NCBI GenBank assembly: GCA_051649365.1
Contig: JBOFGY010000135.1
Location: 9,842 to 73,841, forward strand
Reading direction: 5' to 3'
Origin: Trueperaceae bacterium
GTDB taxonomy: Bacteria > Deinococcota > Deinococci > Deinococcales > Trueperaceae
Length of the DNA stretch: 64,000 bases
Made by a program: the position numbers and the translations under genes. The notes under the pieces are model-generated. The model worked only from the letters and a program-made list of their open reading frames with translations, ran no database searches and was not told the origin of the DNA. Every line of letters starts with the position of its first letter. The first letter of the stretch is position 1. Positions 1 through 8,871 of this stretch are shown one piece after another.

Positions 1-207
1 CTTTTTAACCTTGCGCTAGGGCTTAGCTTTTTGCTGCTAGGGTTTCAAGGTGTTGTGTTCCCTGCATGTGTCTTTAGCATCGCTTCATTATGCGTGCTCA
101 TCGGCTTGCCCTTCCTACTCGTTGTGATTGCCCTCACCGCCATACTAGGCATTGGTGTGGTGTTATATATATTAAAGATTGAACGCTACGGCGTTAGTTT
201 ACTTTAA
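1..207 (+). CDS. 3' end of a membrane-protein gene (5' end lies outside the window)
   Basis: Frame 1 is open from base 1 to TAA 205-207. Translation ...LGLSFLLLGFQGVVFPACVFSIASLCVLIGLPFLLVVIALTAILGIGVVLYILKIERYGVSLL forms two hydrophobic helices. Family not recognised. Confidence 0.4.
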   Translation, partial: LFNLALGLSFLLLGFQGVVFPACVFSIASLCVLIGLPFLLVVIALTAILGIGVVLYILKIERYGVSLL

Positions 208-210
208 GAA

Positions 211-270
211 TCTATCCTGGAACTCAAATCACATCTTTTCAGGAAGATAAATGGTTAGGATTTCGGATAG
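211..270 (+). repeat. ~60-nt structured intergenic element, copy A (other copies at 22199-22259 and 45160-45220)
   Basis: TCTATCCTGGAACTCAAATCACATC...AAATGGTTAGGATTTCGGATAG aligns with the two other copies. The termini CTATCC.../...GGATAG are inverted repeats. It lies just after a + strand stop codon. Confidence 0.6.
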
Positions 271-407
271 GTTCTATGTATTTATTCTAAACCTCAAGCA
301 ACCCTTTTTTAGGATAGATGCAAAGCAAACTTACTTTGCTGCTACATGAAAGCTGCTGACCCTAATGCTTAAGCAACACCATCTATTTATTTCTCGAGGT
401 CTACGTC

Positions 408-1178
408 ATGTCTTTGTCACTGCCACCGTCGTCTCCGTCACTTCGTCCGCCTATGGTTTTCTATTATGGTAAAGGGAATATGGCTGCACTTAGCCGCTAT
501 AACCGCGCTGTCTTACAACCTGATCATTACACCTCCTTAGAACTCAACTGGTTGTGCCGTCACAGCGTAGAAACGCTAGCCTATCTAGATTTAAGTGGCA
601 AGCAGCCTAGCAAACCTTGGCAAACGAAAACAAATTTTTCTAAAGAAACAGCCGCTCGGATAAAACCAATTGTTAAATCTGGAACAACCTGGACACAACC
701 CCTGTTAGAACAAGTGAAAACTATTTTTGAACTTGGCTTTGGGGGGGTGTTTTTAGATGGGCTCGAGAAGGATGCCCTCACCCCACTACACCGCTTAGAA
801 ATCCTCGAGCTTATTACTGAAATTCGCAATCTTGCCAACACGACAAATGTGAGTAAACCTACCGATGGAAATGCACAACAGCGTACCCTCTTAGCCAATC
901 GTGGTTTTCAACTCATGCCCGAACTTTTAGACTTTGTAAGCGGTGTAGTCTTTGAAGCGTTTAGCACCCGTTGGCAACCGAAAGGTGGCTACGCGATTTC
1001 GCCCAAACACGAACTTGCTTGGAGTGCAACCGTAGCTCTCGAGCTAAAACGTAAAGCTATTCCTGTCTATACCCTCGATTATGCTGACAACGCCGAACTC
1101 AAACACTTTGCCAAACGCCGTGCAGAACATTTTGGGTTTACGTCACTTATTGCAAACCGAGAGTTAACGCAACTATAA
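408..1178 (+). CDS. putative glycoside-hydrolase-like TIM-barrel protein (GH114/GHL-like)
   Basis: 256-aa ORF. The pattern MVFYYG...YNRAVLQPDHY...GGVFLDGL...ANRGFQLMPEL...VVFEAF resembles endo-alpha-1,4-polygalactosaminidase-like proteins from memory. Not verified by search. Confidence 0.4.
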   Translation: MSLSLPPSSPSLRPPMVFYYGKGNMAALSRYNRAVLQPDHYTSLELNWLCRHSVETLAYLDLSGKQPSKPWQTKTNFSKETAARIKPIVKSGTTWTQPLLEQVKTIFELGFGGVFLDGLEKDALTPLHRLEILELITEIRNLANTTNVSKPTDGNAQQRTLLANRGFQLMPELLDFVSGVVFEAFSTRWQPKGGYAISPKHELAWSATVALELKRKAIPVYTLDYADNAELKHFAKRRAEHFGFTSLIANRELTQL

Positions 1179-1179
1179 A

Positions 1180-1356
1180 GAGGCAGCGAAGCTCGAGTCC
1201 CGCAGTGTTTATGACGTGCAGGAAGCTCTCGAACTTTTACAGCAGTTGAAACCCAGGCAAATAGCGTTTACCCATATTGGTCATAATATTGATAGACGAA
1301 AAAGCCCACCAGGAACAACGCGGTATGCTCACGACGGTTTGAAGATTATGATCTAA
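1180..1356 (+). pseudogene. C-terminal remnant of an MBL-fold (PhnP-like) hydrolase gene
   Basis: No start codon. Translation EAAKLESRSVYDVQEALELLQQLKPRQIAFTHIGHNIDRRKSPPGTTRYAHDGLKIMI* looks like the last ~55 aa of MBL-fold hydrolases. Confidence 0.55.
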
Positions 1357-1429
1357 AGCTAGAAAAAGAAACATCGAAAGTTTGATCCTTCGTTAGTTTG
1401 ATCCTTCGTTTTTACTTCTCCCCTCAAGG

Positions 1430-1516
1430 CAACCCCTTGCCTTGAGACAACCCCCTCGCCTCAACACAACCTCCTCGCCTTAAAACAACCTCCTCGCCTT
1501 AAGACAACCTCAAGGC
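1430..1516. repeat. tandem ~19-bp repeat, about 4.5 copies
   Basis: Units are CAACCCCTTGCCTTGAGA / CAACCCCCTCGCCTCAACA / CAACCTCCTCGCCTTAAAA / CAACCTCCTCGCCTTAAGA / CAACCTCAAGGC. It is preceded by GTTTGATCCTTCGTT x2 at 1380-1410. Confidence 0.8.
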
Positions 1517-1570
1517 TCTCACGTACATTTCTCACTGCACTTTTTACTGCGTCACCCTAGACTTGGCGGT

Positions 1571-1843
1571 ATGGAGCATGGGAGTTCACATTTTATGGCG
1601 ATTGGCTTAGCAGTTAGTGTTGGGTTTGTTGTCGCGGTGTTATTTTTTCGCACGTTCTTCTACAACCTCGAGGACTTTGCAGAAAGCATCGTTCACTTTT
1701 TTATAGGAGCCTGGCTCTGGAGTGACCCAATGGGTATAAATCGAGCCGATAATATTTTTATCGGTGTAAAAGTTTTCGTGTATTTACTCATGGCAGTGGG
1801 CAGTGGTGGTTTTGCGTATTACTTTTTAGATATGTGGATGTAA
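1571..1843 (+). CDS. hypothetical small membrane protein (90 aa)
   Basis: ORF with hydrophobic helices (AIGLAVSVGFVVAVLFF, VFVYLLMAVGSGGFAYYF). No family recognised. It lies among gene remnants, so it may not be functional. Confidence 0.35.
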   Translation: MEHGSSHFMAIGLAVSVGFVVAVLFFRTFFYNLEDFAESIVHFFIGAWLWSDPMGINRADNIFIGVKVFVYLLMAVGSGGFAYYFLDMWM

Positions 1844-1845
1844 GG

Positions 1846-2010
1846 CCCCGTTGCCATAACTTCTTTTGTAACTGCTTCAGCTCGAGCTGCTTTACTGCGG
1901 TAGTTCAAAACTATATTGGCACCTTGCTCGGCAAGTTTCTTGGCGACTTCAGCACCGATGCTTCTCGAGGCTCCTGTAACAAGCGCGACTTTTTTCTCTA
2001 AAGGTTTTAT
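1846..2010 (-). pseudogene. N-terminal remnant of a short-chain dehydrogenase/reductase (FabG-like) gene
   Basis: Minus-strand translation IKPLEKKVALVTGASRSIGAEVAKKLAEQGANIVLNYRSKAARAEAVTKEVMATG has the SDR TGxxxxIG Rossmann motif. ATA sits where ATG is expected. Similarity ends after ~55 aa. Confidence 0.6.
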
Positions 2011-2040
2011 GCTTCACATTTTACCCAATCTTACATAAAA

Positions 2041-2175
2041 CGCGGGTATGGTTTGGCGAATCTCGAGTACGATATTCCTATTACACCAAGCACAGTCTTT
2101 GATATTGGCTCTGTCTCGAAGCAGTTTACAGCGGCTTGTGCGTTACTGCTCGAGTACCAAGGCAAGTTAATTTAG
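2041..2175 (+). pseudogene. N-terminal remnant of a serine hydrolase (class C beta-lactamase-like) gene
   Basis: Translation RGYGLANLEYDIPITPSTVFDIGSVSKQFTAACALLLEYQGKLI* contains the S-x-x-K motif (SVSK) and stops after ~45 aa. No in-frame start codon. Confidence 0.6.
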
Positions 2176-2750
2176 TTTTTTGGAACTTCTTCAGATAAAT
2201 TTAAGCCGTTCGTATAGTTCATCGCACGCTTTAAACCCTCAGCCAAAAGTCGCTCGAGGGCATCCGCACTTGCCGTAATAACGTTATGGAGTAAAGGTTG
2301 TTCTTCTTCAGAGAATTTGCTGAGTACCCAATTTTCTACCGTCCAGCGTTCGGGTGGACGACTGATGCCAATTTTTAACCTCAGAAAATTTGCGCCGATG
2401 CGCTCAAGCGTATCTTGCACGCCGCGCTGTCCGCCTGCGCCACCATTTTGCTTAAAGCGTAATTTGCCCAGGGGCATGTCTAAATCGTCGTGAACGAGCA
2501 AAATCTCTTCAGGTTTTAAGCCAAGTTTGGTTCCATAGGCTTGTACGGCTTGGCCGGATAAATTCATAAACGTGCTTGGTTTTATCAGGGTGATTTGCCC
2601 AAATTTTGTTTCTTCTGCTAATTTGCCCGTGCGAAAATTTAGTGCGTGCTTTCGTGCGAGTTCATCAAGTACCATAAACCCAGCATTATGTCGCGTGTGG
2701 GCATAGCGCACACCAGGGTTTCCTAGACCAACAATAAGTTTAAGTGACAT
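2172..2750 (-). CDS. pth: peptidyl-tRNA hydrolase
   Basis: MSLKLIVGLGNPG...RHNAGF... is the typical Pth N-terminus. I prefer ATG at 2750 over the TTG at 2762 used by the ORF track. Confidence 0.9.
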   Translation of the reverse strand: MSLKLIVGLGNPGVRYAHTRHNAGFMVLDELARKHALNFRTGKLAEETKFGQITLIKPSTFMNLSGQAVQAYGTKLGLKPEEILLVHDDLDMPLGKLRFKQNGGAGGQRGVQDTLERIGANFLRLKIGISRPPERWTVENWVLSKFSEEEQPLLHNVITASADALERLLAEGLKRAMNYTNGLNLSEEVPKN

Positions 2751-2810
2751 AAATAGTTCCAATAGTTATTGCATCTGAGTTTGGAGTTGGCTATTTTTTG
2801 ATGGCAACAA

Positions 2811-2852
2811 GTGAAAAGTGAAGCGTTAAATGTAAGACGTAATGCTTTAACG
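2811..2852. repeat. degenerate heptanucleotide array
   Basis: GTGAAAA GTGAAGC GTTAAAT GTAAGAC GTAATGC TTTAACG shows a period of 7. It is upstream of pth. Confidence 0.6.
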
Positions 2853-3043
2853 TTTGTTTTGCGCCCGTTGTCTTTTACAGATAACCCTATTATTTACAGA
2901 AAACAGAAATCTGTATAAATCTTGAACCTAAGTATTCCCATAGTAAGATTGCAGAATTATAAAGCATAGGCTTTAACAACGGGCTTTAGCCCCTTGCTAA
3001 AGGTGAGCTTCCTGCAAACTCAATATGGAGGCACTTAAAAGTA

Positions 3044-3090
3044 AACGGAGCAAAATATCTCGGTTGTGTAAAAAGATATTTTGCTCCGTT
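3044..3090 (-). terminator. strong hairpin downstream of the L25 gene
   Basis: A perfect 16-bp stem AACGGAGCAAAATATC / GATATTTTGCTCCGTT with a 15-nt loop, ~70 nt after the ctc stop. The U-tract on the minus strand is weak (UACUUUUAAG). Confidence 0.5.
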
Positions 3091-3161
3091 GATGCTAGAG
3101 CAACTCAAACGAACCAAAACACAAATGTAATTCAAGAGTCGCTTAACATGACAGCGTAATA

Positions 3162-3779
3162 CTACTCTTCGCCTTCTTCTTCTTTCTTACCTTTGGCAAT
3201 GACTTCAGGTTCGGTGCCAGCAGGTACAACAGGAGCCGTAGGCTCTTCGACGCGTGGGGGTACGACGGCGGCAACCGTTATATCTTCATCATCGAGGATT
3301 TCTGCTTCTGTAGGCAAGGTACTCTTGAGGTCGCGCACGTGGAGCGAGTCACCGATTTTTAGGGTACTGATGTCTACATCAATATGTTGGGGGATGAGAC
3401 GGGGCAAAATGCTAATAAGTACATCGCGTTTTTGCACGTCTAATACACCACCATCGCGCACACCTTCGGCAGTGCCAACCAGTGTAATGGGGATGTTTAC
3501 CTCGACGGCTTGACCTGCCTTCACGGCGTAAAAATCAACGTGTTGGGGGATGCGTTTACGCTTGTCCATCTGAACAGCTTTGACCAAGACCTCTTGATTT
3601 TGACCGTCAATATTGAGATCAATGATGCTCGAGGTTCCCTGACTTCTAAACACTTTGTCAAATGCTTTCATCTCTACAGAAACGGGGACATTCATTTCCT
3701 TGTTATAAACAATGCCAGGCAAAGAGCCCTGACCGCGGTTAGTTTTGCCTGCTTGACGTTTTTGTGCGACTAATTCCAT
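3162..3779 (-). CDS. rplY: 50S ribosomal protein L25 / general stress protein Ctc (long form)
   Basis: 205 aa. The N-terminus MELVAQKRQ...GSLPGIVYN... and the acidic C-terminal tail are typical of Ctc-type L25. The conserved pth-ctc-prs gene order supports the call. Confidence 0.9.
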   Translation of the reverse strand: MELVAQKRQAGKTNRGQGSLPGIVYNKEMNVPVSVEMKAFDKVFRSQGTSSIIDLNIDGQNQEVLVKAVQMDKRKRIPQHVDFYAVKAGQAVEVNIPITLVGTAEGVRDGGVLDVQKRDVLISILPRLIPQHIDVDISTLKIGDSLHVRDLKSTLPTEAEILDDEDITVAAVVPPRVEEPTAPVVPAGTEPEVIAKGKKEEEGEE

Positions 3780-3828
3780 GTTAAAGCCTCCAAAGCCTTG
3801 GCAGTATACAACAAAAGTGTAGGGAGGC

Positions 3829-4782
3829 TCAACCCCGTGTCGGGGCAGAGAAAAGCTGACTTACCGACTGATTATCGTGAACGTTGCGAACTGCCGAGGC
3901 AATCAACGGGGCGACGGAAAGCACGTTAATCTTGCCGAGATGACCCGTGTATGGAATGGTATCTGTGACAATGACTTCTTTAATCGCAGGATGAGAAAGG
4001 CGGTCAATCGCAGGTGGGACGAAAACTGGGTGCGTGGCAGCTAGAGTAATTTCGGGAACGGCCCCGAGCTCGACTAAGCCCTCGACGGTTCTGGCTACGG
4101 TGCCGGCGGTAGAAATCATGTCGTCAATCATGATGGGGCGTTTGCCGCTAACTTCACCAATGACGTGTGAAACTTCGGTTTCGGTGGGACTGCGGCGACG
4201 TTTGTAAAGAATGGCGAGGTCGAGCCCGAGGGTATTAGCAAGTCTGCGTCCTTCGGTGGCGCGGCCTACGTCAGGTGAAACAATGATGCTTTGGCTGAGA
4301 TCGGTTTTTTTGAGATAGCCGCTCAAAATATCGAGGGCGGTGAGGTGGTCAACGGGGACATCGAAGAAGCCCTGGATTTGTCCTGCATGCAGGTCTACCG
4401 TAATAACCCGGTGGATGCCGGCTTTCTCGAGCATATTAGCGACAAGTTTTGCCGTAATCGGTTCCCTCGCCTGTACTTTTTTATCTTGGCGCGCATAGCC
4501 AAAATATGGAATTACGGCATTAATACGCCAGGCTGAAGCGCGGCGCAGCGCATCCACGAAGACAAGGAGTTCCATGACGTTATGATTAACAGGTGCACAG
4601 GTGGACTGAATAATATAGCAATCACAACCGCGCACCGATTCTTCAATAAGCACGCGACTTTCACCATCTGGAAATTGCGTAATATTGCCTTGAGCAAGAG
4701 GTAAACCTAAATGGTCGGCAACTTTTTGGGCCAGGTCGTGGGTTGCACTACCCGCAAACAACTTAATCTCTTCGCCAATCAT
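3829..4782 (-). CDS. prs: ribose-phosphate pyrophosphokinase
   Basis: 317 aa with the motifs FPDGE, YFGYARQDKK and the PRPP-binding loop IIVSPDVGRA...MIDDMISTAGT. Confidence 0.95.
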   Translation of the reverse strand: MIGEEIKLFAGSATHDLAQKVADHLGLPLAQGNITQFPDGESRVLIEESVRGCDCYIIQSTCAPVNHNVMELLVFVDALRRASAWRINAVIPYFGYARQDKKVQAREPITAKLVANMLEKAGIHRVITVDLHAGQIQGFFDVPVDHLTALDILSGYLKKTDLSQSIIVSPDVGRATEGRRLANTLGLDLAILYKRRRSPTETEVSHVIGEVSGKRPIMIDDMISTAGTVARTVEGLVELGAVPEITLAATHPVFVPPAIDRLSHPAIKEVIVTDTIPYTGHLGKINVLSVAPLIASAVRNVHDNQSVSQLFSAPTRG

Positions 4783-4801
4783 GGGCGTTCACCAAAAAAA
4801 T

Positions 4802-4836
4802 AGGAGGAAGGAGGAAGGAGGAAGGAGGAAAGAGAA
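4802..4836. repeat. heptanucleotide array (AGGAGGA)x4 plus a degenerate unit
   Basis: AGGAGGA AGGAGGA AGGAGGA AGGAGGA AAGAGAA lies 20 nt upstream of the prs start codon. It would read as pyrimidine-rich CCTCCTT repeats in the prs 5' leader. Confidence 0.85.
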
Positions 4837-4974
4837 AGTCCTTCTTGCTGTTCTTGCCAGTCACTCTTCATAGCACGCCTCTCGAGCTTCGTTTTAGGTC
4901 TTTGTGGGTTAAAAACCCAACGGAGTATAACCTATCCTTACAGGTGCATTGCAAAAACATACAGAGCAAAAATT

Positions 4975-5023
4975 GTAAAACGTAAGACGTTAAAGGTGAA
5001 ACGTTTAACGTCTTTTACGTCTT
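4975..5023. repeat. degenerate heptanucleotide array forming a hairpin
   Basis: GTAAAAC GTAAGAC GTTAAAG GTGAAAC GTTTAAC GTCTTTT ACGTCTT. GTAAGACGTTAAA pairs with TTTAACGTCTTTTAC. Confidence 0.6.
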
Positions 5024-5395
5024 AACTCTTCTTCTCACATCCTTAACGCGATATCTTTTTAACATGACAGCACTGCGGTATGTGGTGTATCATTTGGCTT
5101 TAGAGCAGCGTGTGGCTTTATAGCGGCGTGTGTAAATCACTACTCTCTTCATGGAAATGGTAGCATTGAGTTAAAGTCCCTACAAGATGTGGCCCTGTGC
5201 GAGGGTCACAGGCTTAGGTTACCTTAAGGCTATACCGCGAAAGGCTTGCGAAGTTAGGCTAGCTGGGTAGTGAGTGCCAAGTATTTTGAAATTTAGGTGG
5301 AGTTTTTTAGGCTTAATCACGAGGTTGACGATGACTAAAACAGTGACACCAGACATAACCTGCACACCTGGACTGTTCACAGCAAGGGAGTCTTC

Positions 5396-6073
5396 ATGCA
5401 ATGGCTAATTAACGGCGGACCCGTCATGATACCGATTGTCCTTATTTCGCTCTACGCGGTGTATGTGTTTTTCGACCGACTTTTTAAGCTCAACCGGGAG
5501 AAACTCGAGACCGACGCGCTCATGTTGCGTGTCAATGCTGCGGTGAAAGACCGTGACTTAGAATCTGCCCTTGCTGCCTGTGATACGCATGGTGGCCCTG
5601 TCGCGCGTGTTTTGAAAGCCGCCCTGCTCAAACTTCCCTATGGACGCGCTGCTGTGGAGGCTGCCTTTCAAGAAAGTTATCTTGTCGAAGAATCTGAATT
5701 GTCACGTGGTTTAAGACCGCTTCACACCATTGCCCAAATTGCGACGCTCCTTGGTTTGCTCGGTACGGTTACAGGGATGATTCAAGCCTTTAATGTTATT
5801 GCCCTGCAAGGAACCGGTGACCCTGGTGCGATGGCTGCAGGCATCAGTGAGGCCCTCATTACTACCGCGTCAGGGCTGAGTGTAGCGATTCCTGTTGTGA
5901 TAGGACAAAACTATTTGTCTAGCCGCGTCGATAAGATCTTGCTCGAGATTGAACGTCGCCGTGAAGAACTCATGTCCAATGTTGCCCAAGCTGTAGCGGG
6001 TAAACGTGACAGAAGTGATATAAGAACTCCAACCTCCGTAAGTCAAGGTGACTACGAAACGGTGCGAGGTTAA
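5396..6073 (+). CDS. MotA/TolQ/ExbB-family proton channel protein
   Basis: 225 aa with three TM segments and the family motif AQIATLLGLLGTVTGMIQAF...ISEALITTASGL. GGGAG Shine-Dalgarno lies 6 nt upstream. Confidence 0.85.
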   Translation: MQWLINGGPVMIPIVLISLYAVYVFFDRLFKLNREKLETDALMLRVNAAVKDRDLESALAACDTHGGPVARVLKAALLKLPYGRAAVEAAFQESYLVEESELSRGLRPLHTIAQIATLLGLLGTVTGMIQAFNVIALQGTGDPGAMAAGISEALITTASGLSVAIPVVIGQNYLSSRVDKILLEIERRREELMSNVAQAVAGKRDRSDIRTPTSVSQGDYETVRG

Positions 6074-6075
6074 CG

Positions 6076-6480
6076 ATGCGCTCGAGACGTAAACGCTTAG
6101 ACATGAGTGGCATCGGCATTGACCTTACGCCGATGGTAGATGTGGCGTTCACCCTTATTATGTTTTTTATGGTCTCCATGACCTTTATTACTTCGCAATC
6201 AGGTATGCCTGTAGATTTGCCCCAAGCGACAACGGCAGCGATTACGTCACCCGAAACACCAAGCGTAACGATTAACAGTCAGAATCAAGTTTTTTTAGGA
6301 AATACGCAAGTAGCAGTAGAAAACCTGGAAGCGCAACTCAAAGCAACCTTGCAACAAACAGGTTTTAGCGTCGTCGTGCTTCGTGCCGATAAAAACGTGT
6401 TGCACGGTCTTTCGGTACAAGTGATGGATATTATCAAAAGGGCAGGCGCGCAGAGGATTGCGATTGCCACAGGAAGCTAA
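6076..6480 (+). CDS. ExbD/TolR-family biopolymer transport protein
   Basis: 134 aa. IDLTPMVDVAFTLIMFFMV is the signature TM. Translationally close to the upstream ExbB-like gene (2-nt gap). Confidence 0.85.
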   Translation: MRSRRKRLDMSGIGIDLTPMVDVAFTLIMFFMVSMTFITSQSGMPVDLPQATTAAITSPETPSVTINSQNQVFLGNTQVAVENLEAQLKATLQQTGFSVVVLRADKNVLHGLSVQVMDIIKRAGAQRIAIATGS

Positions 6481-6646
6481 GGAAGAGCCTTTAACCGAGC
6501 GTATCATGCTGTTATGACTTGGTGAGCTAAGCGATTCGTCGATGACACCATCGGCTAAAGGCTCTTCCCCACATATATCGAACTAACTTCTCGCTAAGGT
6601 TTCATTCACAATAAAAAGAGACCTATGTAATTACAGAGACCCAGCC

Positions 6647-8827
6647 ATGACCAACGTGCCAGAGAACAACCTAAAGCAAGATATTAACAACAAAGATAAA
6701 CGCCGAGCGGCGATGTTATCCGTGTTTATACACGCTTTGTTGTTTTTGCTGTTAGCGTTGTACCGTTTGCCAGAGCCAAAGCCACTCGAGACCTACCTCG
6801 TGATTGATGTTGGCGTACCTGCCTTTTCAGAAACAGAAACGCTGGCACCTGCTGCCGATGCACCAGCACCGCTTGCTGCTGAACCTTTAGTAGCCTCAGA
6901 AACTGCTGGCACGCCCCAGGCACAAAGTGCGCCCGAGGCTCCGCCGGCTTCAGCCCCCGTTGCCGAGGCACCCGCCCCCACCGAAGCTGCACCAACGCCC
7001 GAGGTGGCACCCGCCCCCGAACCGCAGCCAGCGGCCCCTGCCCCTGAACCCCAACCTGCACCCGAACCTCAACCAGAGGTAATAGAACCCCAAGTTGCAG
7101 AAGCAGCTCCGCCTGTCTCAACCGAACTTCCTGAAACCCAAGAAACTACCGCAACCTTGCCAGAAATTGAGGCAGTAGAAACAACCCCCGAAGCTCAAGC
7201 GATTGCACTGCCAACTCCCACACCCCAAGTGGATGTTGCGCCAGCCGTTAATGTCACTACGCAGGCAAGTGTTGACATCGCACCAGAGCAACCCCTGCCT
7301 ACCCCAAACGCGCAAGCCAGTGTAGCTGAGTCTCAGACGATTCCACAGCCGCAGGTTGAAACAAGTGTTGCTGAGGCGATTGCTATTCCACAACCCCAAG
7401 CCGAAATGAGTGTGGCTGAAGCTGTCGCCATTCCACAACCGCAAAGTCAGGCAAGTGTGAGCGCAGCCCAAGCCATTCCGCAACCGCAGGCACAAAGCAG
7501 TGTGGCTGCGGCGCAGGCTATTCCTCAGCCCCAAGCAGCAGCTAATGTTGCAGAAGCTGAAGCGGTTCCTCTTCCCAATGCCCAAGCTACGGTTAGTGCC
7601 GCCCAAACGATTCCTTCACCAAATGCCAGCTCGAGTGTCAGTGCATCAGAATTTATTCCTGCCCCGAACGCTAAAGCAAGTGTGACACCTGCCCAAACAA
7701 TTCCTGCACCTCAAGCGCAAGTGAGTGTTGCCCCTGGCGCATCCAATGCAGACTCTGCATTGGACTCGAGTGCGGCCACCGCCGCTAGCGGTGAAGACGG
7801 AACTTCAGGCCCAACACTTCCCGGTGCAGCGCAGGCGAACACAAATGCACTGGGGCAGCCGTCACCGGAAGATGGGGGGAACTCGAGCACCTCAGGTCAA
7901 ACCACCGAAGACCCGAACGCTACTACCGAAGGTTTAGGCGCAGCTGCCAGTTCAGATGGTGAAGGTGAAGGCACGGGTGCGCCCTACGCCCAAGCTCCCT
8001 ACCGCGAAAACCGTGACCGCCCCCTCAACGTGATGATTGATAACACCTTTGGTTATCCGCAAGCAGGCTTGCAAGAAGCCTCGATGGTTGTCGAGATGCC
8101 CGTCGAAGGTGGTGCTACGCGCCTTATGACCACGTATGACCGCGTTGACCCCTCGAGGGTTGGCCCCGTGCGAAGTGCCAGAGACTACTTTCACACGTTA
8201 TCGAGCAATATGGATGGCGTACTCGTGCATGATGGTGGTTCGCCACAAGCGATGGCTGCCATTGAGCGTGGCAGCATACCTACACTTAACGCCTATAACA
8301 ATGGTGGTCTTTTCAAACGCGAAGGTGGCGAAGCTCCTTACAATTTGTTCTCGAGTGGCAGCTCGTTGCGTGAGGCCGTGGCGAAACTTAGGCTCAACCG
8401 CTCGAGACCCGTGAGTGGCACGATTTTCCGTCCCGAAGACACTGAGAGCGCAGCAACAACTATCAAGGTAAATTATTCGGGCGCGTATGACAGCGGCTTT
8501 CAGTACATCGAAGACTTAGACCAATATCGCTGGATACGCAACGGAGACGACGCGGTAGATTTTTCAGGTCAAGCTGTGTACGCCCAAGCTGTGCTCGTTG
8601 CAACGATTACGGCGAAGGAAATTCCTGATGATCCTGCGAGTAGGCTGTATATTCCGCTCGAGAGTAGCCGCGCCACACTTTATGTTCGTGGGAAAGCGAT
8701 TGCGGGAAATTGGTCACCCAATGGTGGCATTCAATTTGCGACAAGTCTCGGGGAACCCATTGATTTAACGCCATTCAAAACCTGGGTGCTGTTTACGCCA
8801 ACCTATGCTGAAGTAACGCAACAGTAA
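6647..8827 (+). CDS. TonB-like N-terminal anchor, Pro/Ala-rich repeat spacer and C-terminal DUF3048 domain
   Basis: The N-terminus KRRAAMLSVFIHALLFLLLAL resembles the TonB anchor. It is followed by a long APEPQP spacer and then 15-aa repeats. The C-terminus RPLNVMIDNTFGYPQAGLQEASMVVEMPVEGGATRLMTTYD...GPVRSARDYF matches my recollection of DUF3048 rather than a TonB C-terminal domain. Confidence 0.7.
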   Translation: MTNVPENNLKQDINNKDKRRAAMLSVFIHALLFLLLALYRLPEPKPLETYLVIDVGVPAFSETETLAPAADAPAPLAAEPLVASETAGTPQAQSAPEAPPASAPVAEAPAPTEAAPTPEVAPAPEPQPAAPAPEPQPAPEPQPEVIEPQVAEAAPPVSTELPETQETTATLPEIEAVETTPEAQAIALPTPTPQVDVAPAVNVTTQASVDIAPEQPLPTPNAQASVAESQTIPQPQVETSVAEAIAIPQPQAEMSVAEAVAIPQPQSQASVSAAQAIPQPQAQSSVAAAQAIPQPQAAANVAEAEAVPLPNAQATVSAAQTIPSPNASSSVSASEFIPAPNAKASVTPAQTIPAPQAQVSVAPGASNADSALDSSAATAASGEDGTSGPTLPGAAQANTNALGQPSPEDGGNSSTSGQTTEDPNATTEGLGAAASSDGEGEGTGAPYAQAPYRENRDRPLNVMIDNTFGYPQAGLQEASMVVEMPVEGGATRLMTTYDRVDPSRVGPVRSARDYFHTLSSNMDGVLVHDGGSPQAMAAIERGSIPTLNAYNNGGLFKREGGEAPYNLFSSGSSLREAVAKLRLNRSRPVSGTIFRPEDTESAATTIKVNYSGAYDSGFQYIEDLDQYRWIRNGDDAVDFSGQAVYAQAVLVATITAKEIPDDPASRLYIPLESSRATLYVRGKAIAGNWSPNGGIQFATSLGEPIDLTPFKTWVLFTPTYAEVTQQ
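7296..7740 (+). repeat. in-frame 45-nt (15-aa) degenerate tandem repeat, ~10 copies, inside the TonB-like gene
   Basis: Units include IPQPQVETSVAEAIA / IPQPQAEMSVAEAVA / IPQPQSQASVSAAQA / IPQPQAQSSVAAAQA / IPQPQAAANVAEAEA / VPLPNAQATVSAAQT / IPSPNASSSVSASEF / IPAPNAKASVTPAQT. Confidence 0.85.
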
Positions 8828-8871
8828 AAAGTAAAGCCTTCTTAAACATCACACCAGAAATTGCACTCACA

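Noticed and set aside
581-898. 105-aa minus-strand ORF inside the 408..1178 gene
   Set aside because: It is fully antisense to a longer ORF with better coding character and has no recognisable motifs. It is a typical shadow ORF.
3193-3773. Two + strand ORFs (3193..3513 and 3510..3773) opposite the L25 gene
   Set aside because: They are antisense shadows of a confidently identified ribosomal protein gene. Their translations are low-complexity Ser/Thr/Gly.
5100-5395. Possible riboswitch (for example cobalamin) upstream of exbB
   Set aside because: There are some local hairpins (CCTGTG-CGAGGGT-CACAGG), but no B12-box or other consensus that I can recognise.
5219-5401. 60-aa minus ORF upstream of exbB
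   Set aside because: It is short and has no SD or motifs. It overlaps the exbB start and promoter region.
6726-7606. Minus-strand ORFs (6726..7121, 6793..6981, 7118..7606) opposite the TonB-like gene
   Set aside because: They are kept open by the repetitive Pro/Ala-coding region on the other strand. Their Gly/Arg/Leu-rich translations have no protein-like features.
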